Virus record (IMG/VR): IMGVR_UViG_3300029267_004181 | Source: an uncultured virus (IMG/VR IMGVR_UViG_3300029267_004181) | Taxonomy: Duplodnaviria; Heunggongvirae; Uroviricota; Caudoviricetes | DNA: 64,000 nucleotides | Reading direction: 5' to 3' (one strand) | In this document: one piece after another, positions 54,627 to 62,991 of the stretch | Position numbering within the stretch: position 1 is the first letter of the stretch | How the letters are laid out: the number at the start of each line of letters is the position of its first letter | The notes under the pieces: generated by a model | What the model saw: the letters and a program-made list of their open reading frames with translations, nothing else | What the model was told of the DNA's origin: nothing | Databases searched by the model: none | Program-made: the position numbers and the translations under genes

Positions 54627-55094
54627 TTACTCCTTTCGCCGCTCAATCGGAATCAGGTGTTCTTCGATGCGCCTTAGCGTCTTGTCTATCTGCGTGAGGC
54701 GCGTTTCGATCCTGGCAATCCGATCGCTGGTACTCATGGTAACCTGGGTTATCTGCTTTTGAAGATCAATGACCCGCGCATCCATGCGATCAAAATCTTC
54801 CCGCAGATCCGAATGTGACACTTCCAGCGTATGCAGCCGCCCTTCTGTCTGCGCATACCGCACCTCTGACTCTTTGACTTGAGCATTGAGTACTTCCCGG
54901 ACAGAAGCCGCGTCATTACGTATAACCGCCGCCAGCTGGAGCAGGATCATAATGAGCACAGCCGCCGCACTTCCGCCTAAAACAGGTTTAGGAATACGGT
55001 AAGTCACACCAGACAAAGCAGGCACCACCTGCGAATCAGCTGCATCTGCCATATTTACTGACTCCGTTTCGGACACTAATCCATCGCTGTCCAT
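54627..55094 (-). CDS. Single-TM coiled-coil protein (possible lysis/membrane protein)
   Basis: One hydrophobic helix followed by a long heptad coiled coil. Confidence 0.6.
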   Translation of the reverse strand: MDSDGLVSETESVNMADAADSQVVPALSGVTYRIPKPVLGGSAAAVLIMILLQLAAVIRNDAASVREVLNAQVKESEVRYAQTEGRLHTLEVSHSDLREDFDRMDARVIDLQKQITQVTMSTSDRIARIETRLTQIDKTLRRIEEHLIPIERRKE

Positions 55095-55126
55095 GATTTT
55101 AACTCACTATCGCCTGGAAAACCAGA

Positions 55127-55462
55127 TCACTTCAGCAAGACATCTTTCGCTTTCCATTTACCACTCGAAAAAATCTTGCCGTCACTGACACGTCGTAGCT
55201 TACCTTCCTGTACGAAGTACTCGTGCGAAGGCTCGTCGAACTGCCTTGGCAACTCGTCAGGCACCTCTACATCCTTGTAAAACTGCTCCTTTGACACATC
55301 ACCCCATTCGACGTGCGTTGGAATCCACGTCGATACTCCTCTTATCGTTACAAGCTCTACCTCTCGCACAAGCGTATACCTACGACCATCTGGCGATTCG
55401 ATTGCGATGCTGGCCAAACTAGTGCCTACAACCGCGCCGCGCTTATCAGTCAGCACATCCAT
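55127..55462 (-). CDS. Hypothetical protein downstream of the fibre gene (possible fibre chaperone)
   Basis: Starts 1 nt after the fibre stop codon. Confidence 0.55.
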   Translation of the reverse strand: MDVLTDKRGAVVGTSLASIAIESPDGRRYTLVREVELVTIRGVSTWIPTHVEWGDVSKEQFYKDVEVPDELPRQFDEPSHEYFVQEGKLRRVSDGKIFSSGKWKAKDVLLK

Positions 55463-55463
55463 G

Positions 55464-58400
55464 TTAGTACACGACCCCGTATACAGCCGTAGTATATGCG
55501 GCAGTATCTCCAGTTACACTGCCGCGCTTTATAGCCGCACCGTAAACACTCTTTGCGCCGTAAGTATAATTACTGCCCGAACTACCATAGCAAATGATGG
55601 AAGCTCCCGCGGCACACACACCAATACCATTATCCTTAACAGTGCATTGGTATATGTGCAAGTTGCTATCTCTGCAAACACTTACACCTATAGCATTGTA
55701 ACGAATAGTGCACTGAGAGAAGGTCAAGCCGCTCCACACATGATGATTAGTAAAAGTTGGACACAGCCATATGCCGCCACCGTGTTCGGCGTTATTGCCT
55801 ATCGAGCCTTCGATCGACACGCCTTCGATTATAACATTGCATCTGTGAGGCAGCATCGGACGGAGCGTGCCCTGAACGTTGCGTGTCGCCCTGGCAGTGC
55901 CGGGACTGCCGGGACCCTCTGCCACACCGGCAGCGTTGGTTACCTCTACCCAATCCGCGCCGTCATTGACAGCTGTTACTTTAGCATATACGTCATTAGC
56001 AGCATTGGTACAGCTACCCCTGTCTACAAACAGATACGACTGATTCGCTAACACGTTACTCAGATCAGGGCTGCCGGCGAAGGTGTAGCGCATTGTAGTG
56101 CCGGCGGGATTGGTAATCTGATCAATATCCAGCTCCGCACCGCCAACGGCCAACGTGGAAAACCTGACGTTGGTAGGCGTGCTGGTATCTCCTGTAACCA
56201 AGACCTTGCCCGTACCTAGTGTAATCGGCGCGCCTATAAGATCCCACCCCCTAACAGCCATGAGATCATATAAACCATTACCACAATCAATAGTCACGGT
56301 CACACCGTTACCTATAATGTAGCCGCGAATCTGCTCCCAAGCGTGTTCTAACGAGAACCAGGGATTGCCGGATGTACCGTCACCCGTCGAGTCGTCGCCG
56401 GACGGATCTATATAGTACGTGATGTCGGAATCTATGACTACGCTGTGTGTGGTCCAGGCAGGTGTAGTACCTCCCATCAAAATAGCGCCTGACGCACCAG
56501 CAGATAGTCTCACCCAAACGTCGCCGTTGTGATAAAGCGTATCCCCTGCCGTCCCACACTGCGATACGGCAATGTCTTCGACCCTTCTGTGCACCCATAA
56601 ATCGCTCTCGTCGTCATAGATCAGCATGTAAGGCGAAGAACAGTCGCCCGGTGACGAGCTGGACGACATGGAAATCTCTACATCAGTCAGGTCTCCTAGC
56701 GATAAGGTGATACTAAGCGAATCGACATACTGCTTGTTTACCAGATCGTACGCTTCCACCGGCGGCTGTGTAGATGCCGGCACTGTCGTAAATGTCTTCT
56801 TGCCGGAGATCGTGCTAGCACCAGCAGCCAACACGAAATACGTCTCTGCAACCCCGGCATCAGGAACGACGACAACCCTGTCTACGCCAGCGTATTCGCC
56901 CTCGATACAATAAAAATGTGCCCTCCTGATAACCTCGGCTTGCTCTGACTCGGATGAAGATGAAGATGAAGATGAAGATGAAGACGAACCGGCAGGAGGA
57001 TAAACACGGATTCTGAATATGCTGGCTATCAGATCCTGAAAGTCTTTGGTGCCCTCCACAACCTGATCAAAATCTGCCAGAACCACGAAGAAATCTTGTA
57101 AATCAGCAGATGTCCAGATGCCAGTATCAGAATCCCACACCAGCACCTTCTCAAGACTGTCGGCAGGATCGTAATACACATCAGTCAGATCTTCCAGCGT
57201 AGTAACACCGGACGTAATCAGACCATCTACATACTCCTTCGTCACCAGATCCGTGGTGGCATACGGTGTATGTCCTTCACGCACTTCAGGCAAATACTCG
57301 AATACGAAATTCTCTCCTTCCTCTACTCGTACCTGATTGCGCCAGCAATGCTCAAATGTGCAGCTATCCTCTATCACTACATCCGCGCTGTCGTGACGGA
57401 CAGCTGCGCCTGCCTCACCAACCGGAGGCTTGCAGACGCCTTTGAACTTCCAACCACGCAAGCGCAAATACACGGGCATTTTCGTATCGAAATGCCATAG
57501 CGTATGCACGCTTTTCGTTATATAGGCCTGAACAGTGGGACCAGCCGACGCATACAAAGACGAAGAGGAAGAGGAAGACGAAGAGGAAGATACAGCCTCA
57601 CACTCCTCTACCGGCCAGGTAGATCCTTCATACGTTTCTATATCGATAGTTTTTTCTACGTCGTTTACAGCCTTGACCAGCACATCTGTCACGTTGTTAG
57701 CAGTAACAGGGCAGCCTTCACAAGTGAACAAGCTCTGGCCGGCTGTCACAGAAGACAGATCAGGTAGGTATTGCGGCTCGGCGCCAGGATCCTCGGACGA
57801 TGAAGAAGACCCTGGAAGCTCCTCGACAGCCAAATGATATCGAAGCAGATTACCCGCCGGCTTTTCGATCAAAGTCACCCGTACAGGATTACCGTCATTC
57901 ACCATCGCGCATATAACGGCATTGTCGCTATTAGATTCGTCTCCCTCTATCACGACACATCCGGTTCCCATCGTCGCAGGAACCCTGTCTACCGTCCAGG
58001 TAGTATCAAGATTCCACTGCCGAGGCACAATAGTGTCGGGCGCTAGAGGACTGACCCGAGCCGATTTTACATACGCCGTAGCTTCATTCTGAATAATCCG
58101 ATCGGCCAGCACGTAAAACGCCTCGGTAATGGTAGCATGATTGCCGTAGCCGCCTGCCCCGTCACCGCCGTCGTGTATCCACTGCTGGTTAATAAGAGAG
58201 TTAGACGCAATAGACCGCGGAAATGGAATAGCCAGGCCTGGTAGCCTGAACTGAATCCGGTTCTCCTCCATAATAAAGCCGACCATCTGTACCAGCTCAG
58301 TTCCGCTATCCGGCAGCGTCGTAGACCACTTGCCCCAAGTATCCATAGATGTGTATATGACGCCGGTAGTAGCACCGCTGGTGTTTACTTCCAACTCAGC

Positions 58401-60062
58401 AGCCATAGCTATCCAGCCGGACGAGCCGTGATCTATATCATCCAACAACACGTGAGTAGCAGGATAATAACTGGGAACGTGCGGATAAATGAACGAGCCG
58501 CCGGCGTAGATAACCAGATCACCTTTGACTAGATTAAAACCTGACGTATTGGTAACCCAGACAGCGCCTGTCGTATGAGGGAAATAATTAGTCCAAAGCT
58601 CGTTGTCACCATCAAAGACAAGCGCCATACCCTCCAATACACAGCCAGCCGGGTACGAAGGCTCGGACGGCTGAGCCGCCGGCACTTTTATGCACAACGC
58701 AACGTCCGACAGATTAGCCAGCTGCGCTACATAATCAACGTAGGCCTTGCGGACCGCATGATTATCATAGATAGGATTCTCCGCCGGCAGCAGCGGAATC
58801 TGACCAAACTGCCATTGCCCGGATATGTTGAAATCGCCGGACGACAACAAGATCCAGGCGTCCTCGCCGGGATCGGGAATGGTCAGGGTATGATCGTCAC
58901 AAAAATGGCCGGCAACAATCGTCACGTAATGCGCAGGATTGGCCGCTGCGTATGCGCTGGAACTGGACGAGCTGGAGCTGGAAAGCTGACAAGGCAGCGT
59001 ACGAATGACCAAGCCATCAGCCAAGGTAACAGGCTGCAAGAACGTTTTGTCACCGTCAATCTCCTGCTCGCCTTCCAACATAACCAGAAAATCGCCGGGA
59101 TCTCGGTTGGTCCAACACTCGCCATTGAACCACAACACGTCTCCTGCAGACGACCCCCAAGCGTAGTCGCTGCTGGAGCTGGACGACCCTTCCGACAAAC
59201 ATACATCCAATAACTCACCCAGATAATTCAGAATGTGGTTGTCCACATAGCGCTTGGTCGCTACGTGTGTCGGGGCGGTTATGGCGCTGGTGACCTCTGG
59301 CGTGGCCGTGAAGGTCCAATCCCCGTTAATGGTGGTGGAACCCTCGGTCAGCACAAAAGATGCGTCTGCGCCCGCGTCAGGCACGCTGTACGCCCTGTTA
59401 GCTGCTGGCACGCCTGTGATCGTAAACCATTTGGTGCCGTCATTGGATAAGGCCAGGCTGGGGTATACCTTTACACCTGCCGTGAACGTCTGGACAGCAG
59501 ACCAGGTTTTGCTGCCTGTTACCGTCTGGACCGTAGCCAGCGTAACAAAGTACGCGTCTCCGTCAATGTTGACGAAATTGGCACCGTTGTGCCGTAGAAT
59601 GTGGCCGGCTACAGCGCCGCCTACCGCCACATCCGTCAGATCATCCAGGCTCAACGCGGCAACCAGGCCATCTACATAAGCCTTCCTGGTAGCTTCGTTG
59701 GCATTGACAGGATCAGCAGCCGGCAAGACAGGAATAGACAGAAACGTCTTTATCCCATCTATATTCTGATTTACCGCCCCCGTAACAACCAGAAAGGTCT
59801 GTGGCTGCTGATTTATCCAAGTGCCGCTGGCTGCATGATAGCGCAGAATATCGTAGTCGGCTTCACCAGCCAGGTTTACGTCAATAAGATCGCCGAGATC
59901 ATAAAACAGGTCGCCCCCGCCGCCGCCGCCTACAACAGACTCGCCGGCCCTCTGCCTGCGATGCAGGCGAGTCGCCATGTCATATACGAGATTCCAGCTA
60001 TCGTATGCCATAGGTAGAAAAAGCCGGGGCAGGACAGAGCCTGCCGCCGGCTCGTGGATCAA
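55464..60062 (-). CDS. Large fibre-like protein with repeats, several poly-Ser tracts and a C-terminal beta-helix-like domain, 1532 aa
   Basis: Repeated L-x-DL-x-DV...G-x-x-L-x-(Y/W)...W-x-N and Q-x-I-x-G-x-KTF...K-x-YVD modules. YYIDPSGDDSTGDGTSGNPW is a typical start of pectin-lyase-like domains. Confidence 0.8.
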   Translation of the reverse strand: MIHEPAAGSVLPRLFLPMAYDSWNLVYDMATRLHRRQRAGESVVGGGGGGDLFYDLGDLIDVNLAGEADYDILRYHAASGTWINQQPQTFLVVTGAVNQNIDGIKTFLSIPVLPAADPVNANEATRKAYVDGLVAALSLDDLTDVAVGGAVAGHILRHNGANFVNIDGDAYFVTLATVQTVTGSKTWSAVQTFTAGVKVYPSLALSNDGTKWFTITGVPAANRAYSVPDAGADASFVLTEGSTTINGDWTFTATPEVTSAITAPTHVATKRYVDNHILNYLGELLDVCLSEGSSSSSSDYAWGSSAGDVLWFNGECWTNRDPGDFLVMLEGEQEIDGDKTFLQPVTLADGLVIRTLPCQLSSSSSSSSSAYAAANPAHYVTIVAGHFCDDHTLTIPDPGEDAWILLSSGDFNISGQWQFGQIPLLPAENPIYDNHAVRKAYVDYVAQLANLSDVALCIKVPAAQPSEPSYPAGCVLEGMALVFDGDNELWTNYFPHTTGAVWVTNTSGFNLVKGDLVIYAGGSFIYPHVPSYYPATHVLLDDIDHGSSGWIAMAAELEVNTSGATTGVIYTSMDTWGKWSTTLPDSGTELVQMVGFIMEENRIQFRLPGLAIPFPRSIASNSLINQQWIHDGGDGAGGYGNHATITEAFYVLADRIIQNEATAYVKSARVSPLAPDTIVPRQWNLDTTWTVDRVPATMGTGCVVIEGDESNSDNAVICAMVNDGNPVRVTLIEKPAGNLLRYHLAVEELPGSSSSSEDPGAEPQYLPDLSSVTAGQSLFTCEGCPVTANNVTDVLVKAVNDVEKTIDIETYEGSTWPVEECEAVSSSSSSSSSSSLYASAGPTVQAYITKSVHTLWHFDTKMPVYLRLRGWKFKGVCKPPVGEAGAAVRHDSADVVIEDSCTFEHCWRNQVRVEEGENFVFEYLPEVREGHTPYATTDLVTKEYVDGLITSGVTTLEDLTDVYYDPADSLEKVLVWDSDTGIWTSADLQDFFVVLADFDQVVEGTKDFQDLIASIFRIRVYPPAGSSSSSSSSSSSSESEQAEVIRRAHFYCIEGEYAGVDRVVVVPDAGVAETYFVLAAGASTISGKKTFTTVPASTQPPVEAYDLVNKQYVDSLSITLSLGDLTDVEISMSSSSSPGDCSSPYMLIYDDESDLWVHRRVEDIAVSQCGTAGDTLYHNGDVWVRLSAGASGAILMGGTTPAWTTHSVVIDSDITYYIDPSGDDSTGDGTSGNPWFSLEHAWEQIRGYIIGNGVTVTIDCGNGLYDLMAVRGWDLIGAPITLGTGKVLVTGDTSTPTNVRFSTLAVGGAELDIDQITNPAGTTMRYTFAGSPDLSNVLANQSYLFVDRGSCTNAANDVYAKVTAVNDGADWVEVTNAAGVAEGPGSPGTARATRNVQGTLRPMLPHRCNVIIEGVSIEGSIGNNAEHGGGIWLCPTFTNHHVWSGLTFSQCTIRYNAIGVSVCRDSNLHIYQCTVKDNGIGVCAAGASIICYGSSGSNYTYGAKSVYGAAIKRGSVTGDTAAYTTAVYGVVY

Positions 60063-60086
60063 AAGTCAGGAAAAGGACGACTCTGT

Positions 60087-60320
60087 CTACTGAGCTTCCT
60101 CTTCGACAGCGGCCTGGAGAATGCCGGGATGCTGCTGAAGAAGTTCCAGCGCAGTTTCATACGCTTCCTCGTCAGCCTCGCTTGCACTCTTGGTGTGCGA
60201 ACAGAGCGCATTAGCAGCCTTCACAACCTCCGTAGCCTGCTGCTCCGTCTTCAACTCAACGCCCAGAGACGCAAGCTTGTCGAAAAAGGCCGCTTGCCTT
60301 ATCTCGTCGTAAATACTCAA
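60087..60320 (-). CDS. Small head-region protein
   Basis: GGGAG RBS with TTG start; AFFDKLAS-x-G. Confidence 0.6.
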   Translation of the reverse strand: MSIYDEIRQAAFFDKLASLGVELKTEQQATEVVKAANALCSHTKSASEADEEAYETALELLQQHPGILQAAVEEEAQ

Positions 60321-60335
60321 CTGATTTTCTCCCTA

Positions 60336-60818
60336 TTAGCCGCTGCTAGAGCTAGAGCTAGAACTAGAACTGAAAACAGCCTCGTCTTCCTGCTCCTGCT
60401 CGTCCTCGCCTCCAGCAGCTGAACTCGAACTGGAACTGGAGCTCTCTGCGGCCCCAGCAGCAGCAGCTGAACTCGAACTGGAACTGGAGCTCTCAGCAGC
60501 AGCAGCAGCTGAACTCGAACTGGAACTGGAGCTCTCAGCAGCAGCAGCAGCTGAACTCGAACTGGAACTGGAACTGGAGCCTGCTTCCTCCGCTTCCTCC
60601 GCTTCCGTCAGAGGATAGGGCAGCTCCGCTGTAATGGAGCCGTCGTTCATGTCGGCGATAAAAGCTGCAAGCTGTTCTTCCTCCAGACGTCCCAAAAGGT
60701 CGCCGTTGACCTCGTATGAGACGCCAGCAGCTAGCCGGCGGCCATAAGGCGGAATCCAGTCGAAGTACACTGGCGTGGCACCAGCATTTGTAACCGTTGT
60801 AGTCAGCACATCAGACAT
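60336..60818 (-). CDS. Putative capsid decoration protein with five Ser tracts
   Basis: N-terminal ~70 aa paralogous to 60825-61082; tail of (A)n-E-(S)n repeats ending SSSSSSSSSSG. Confidence 0.7.
   Translation of the reverse strand: MSDVLTTTVTNAGATPVYFDWIPPYGRRLAAGVSYEVNGDLLGRLEEEQLAAFIADMNDGSITAELPYPLTEAEEAEEAGSSSSSSSSSAAAAAESSSSSSSSAAAAAESSSSSSSSAAAAGAAESSSSSSSSAAGGEDEQEQEDEAVFSSSSSSSSSSG
60413..60580. repeat. Coding tandem repeat (about 4 imperfect copies)
   Basis: Recurring GCAGCTGAACTCGAACTGGAACTGGAGC(TCTC) unit encoding the Ser/Ala repeats. Confidence 0.85.
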
Positions 60819-60824
60819 TGGTAA

Positions 60825-61082
60825 CTACCCCGAAGAAGACGAAGACGAGGACGAGGACTCTTCAACGGTGTTCAGCGTATACGGAAAAACAACCGTCACG
60901 CTGCCGTCATTGATATCCTCGAGCATTTCAGCCAGTTGGTCCTCTTCCAGACGACCAAGCAGGCAGCCATTAACGCTGACTTCCTGCCCGTCTGTCAGCT
61001 TTCGGCCATAAGGCAGGATCCAGTCAAAATAGACTGTCCCGCCAGTGGCATTCGTAACGTCCGTGGTCAACTGATACGGCAT
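60825..61082 (-). CDS. Putative capsid decoration protein ending in poly-Ser-Gly
   Basis: AAGGAGGT RBS; directly after the major capsid gene; paralog of 60336-60818. Confidence 0.7.
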   Translation of the reverse strand: MPYQLTTDVTNATGGTVYFDWILPYGRKLTDGQEVSVNGCLLGRLEEDQLAEMLEDINDGSVTVVFPYTLNTVEESSSSSSSSSG

Positions 61083-61130
61083 GTCAGCACCTCCTTGCCG
61101 CTGATAGCTAAGAAAAAGAAGCGTATCAGC

Positions 61131-62054
61131 CTAGCTGAAGGTCGCCTTGCACACACCGGCCACGTTGCCGATCGTGAAGCCCAGAGTAGTATAAGCGCCG
61201 AACGCGACCTTCGTCGGCTCGGTCTTAACCCACATGACAGGCTCCTGCAGAACGTAATGGCGGCCCAGATAGTCAGGTCCGGCAAACATGAACATCTGGT
61301 TATCAGGAATAATATCCCGCTTGATGCTCATAAGCCAGCGATACCCGAACATATCGCCCAGAGCCTTTTGGCCCTCGCGAAGCTGAGCTTCCGAAATGTT
61401 GTCCGATGTGTCAGACGGCTTCCACTTCAGGATATCCTTGGCAAACTTAACGTTCACCAGACACGTAGCAGGCTCCAGTCGGTTCGGCGTGTCGTTCATG
61501 GTCTTCAACGCTTCCATGACCGAACTGCGGGTGATCCCGCCGGAAATGTTAGCGTGCTGAACTACGCCCGTGGCCGTGACCGTAGAACCGGCAGTACCGA
61601 CGATGGTATTACAGGCCTGAATGAACCTGGTATCCTTCGTCTCGCCGATGTCCTTAACGCCCTGATCCAGATAATGCTGACGAATGTCGTACACGTGGGT
61701 ACGAAGCTTGTCAACATCCGCCCACATAGCAGGCGTCTGAATCCGGTAGAAGTAGACGGCAAACCGGCTGGTTTGCAGCTGCAAGGCCATCTGTCCGCCC
61801 AGGAAGGGCACAGCCGCAGCGCCCGGCGAATCCGGCAAACGCTGCTCGATGCGAACAGGCGTCTCCGTATCCAGCTGCGGATGCAAATCGTTGTTTCCGA
61901 TTTGCACCGGCTCGATGATCCCGTCCAGGAAGGAATCTTCCTTCAGGGAGTTCTTCAGAGCGCTGGACAGAACATCCTGCGCCTCCTTCACCTGGCCCGT
62001 GTCTATGAGATTGACGATCCGGTCGTGAATCGCGTCTCGCATAGGTGTAAGCAT
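61131..62054 (-). CDS. Major capsid protein (HK97-like), 307 aa
   Basis: AGGAG RBS; D-x-x-x-x-x-D-x-x-F helix; C-terminal F-x-AY-x-x-x-G-x-x-IGN-x-x-GV-x-x-x-x-F; follows scaffold-like and cement-like genes. Confidence 0.8.
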   Translation of the reverse strand: MLTPMRDAIHDRIVNLIDTGQVKEAQDVLSSALKNSLKEDSFLDGIIEPVQIGNNDLHPQLDTETPVRIEQRLPDSPGAAAVPFLGGQMALQLQTSRFAVYFYRIQTPAMWADVDKLRTHVYDIRQHYLDQGVKDIGETKDTRFIQACNTIVGTAGSTVTATGVVQHANISGGITRSSVMEALKTMNDTPNRLEPATCLVNVKFAKDILKWKPSDTSDNISEAQLREGQKALGDMFGYRWLMSIKRDIIPDNQMFMFAGPDYLGRHYVLQEPVMWVKTEPTKVAFGAYTTLGFTIGNVAGVCKATFS

Positions 62055-62102
62055 TTGTTATCTCCTATCAAGCAACCGGTGATTATCTGGTTGCATGCAT
62101 GT

Positions 62103-62591
62103 TTAGTGCGAGTGCTTAGGCAAGAAGCAGGAATAGACCGACAAGAACGTATTGCCCTGCAGCGATTGCGTTGAAGCCTCGGAAATTATGCCCACCACGT
62201 CGTGCGTCGCCGGCCATGTGGCGTCTTCAAGTACGCCGGTCGTAGTGTTCCCGGTAACCTTCTGATTTGGCGCGACTGTACAATCGACAGCCGAATACTC
62301 AGTCGTCCAGAACTCCATCGGCCACAACACGGACAGGCCGAGCACCTGGTCTAGAGCAATGATGTCCGATTGCACCGCGTTCTCAACAACGATAAACGGC
62401 AACTCGTTGCCGTTATTCATGCCGACCACGAACTCGCCCGAAGCATTCATGTACACAATGCGTCCAGCGATGTAATCAGTGATTTCACCACTCTCAGGAT
62501 CGGCTGTCTTGTACAACATAAGCGTGCTTATGTTAGAAAAGCCGCGCTTGACGTCCAGGATGTGCGTATGCAGCGTAGGCGCAGTAGTCAT
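62103..62591 (-). CDS. Putative capsid cement/stabilising protein
   Basis: Directly upstream of the MCP gene; G-x-x-x-x-x-N-x-x-GEF...EF-x-T-x-EY...VVG-x-x-S. Confidence 0.6.
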   Translation of the reverse strand: MTTAPTLHTHILDVKRGFSNISTLMLYKTADPESGEITDYIAGRIVYMNASGEFVVGMNNGNELPFIVVENAVQSDIIALDQVLGLSVLWPMEFWTTEYSAVDCTVAPNQKVTGNTTTGVLEDATWPATHDVVGIISEASTQSLQGNTFLSVYSCFLPKHSH

Positions 62592-62602
62592 CCTTTTCTC
62601 CT

Positions 62603-62977
62603 TTAGCTAATCAGGCCCAACTGTCGAGCCATGACCCGATCGGTAGAATCCAGTCCATCATTGGCGACGTTATCGTCACCAAAGCTGCCAGACTTGCCCA
62701 AAACTTCAGGCGGCATCTTGGCCACATATTCCGCTACCTTCGTCAGGTTTTCCAGCACGGCCGCCGGATCGCTGGCATATTTGTTAACGGCTTCCTCTCG
62801 ATACGCGCCGTCCAACATTCCCGCCGCGATGCAAGCGTCCACCGCCTTCACAGCAGACTCGCGTGTCGCCGTCACCGCCGCATCCGCCTGCTTCGCCTGA
62901 CTATTTCTGAGCTCGCGGTTGAGAGTGAGATACTCTTCCAGGACCCGAGCCTGCGCATCAGTAAACGTGATAGGCAT
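62603..62977 (-). CDS. Head-region helical protein (scaffold-like)
   Basis: AGGAG RBS; Ala-rich helical composition; gene position. Confidence 0.6.
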   Translation of the reverse strand: MPITFTDAQARVLEEYLTLNRELRNSQAKQADAAVTATRESAVKAVDACIAAGMLDGAYREEAVNKYASDPAAVLENLTKVAEYVAKMPPEVLGKSGSFGDDNVANDGLDSTDRVMARQLGLIS

Positions 62978-62991
62978 CGCCTGTTCTCCTA

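Noticed and set aside
18863..61082. Poly-Ser tracts as microsatellite slippage or assembly artefact
   Set aside because: Most tracts mix TCN and AGY codons, stay in frame and occur only in the virion module. A few purer runs (e.g. near 27693-27713 and 56953-56985) may have a slippage component.
60936..62174. Long plus-strand ORFs antisense to real genes (also 3829-4665, 52014-52763, 55407-56051, 58575-59213)
   Set aside because: Shadow frames of well-supported minus-strand genes, with no RBS or motifs.
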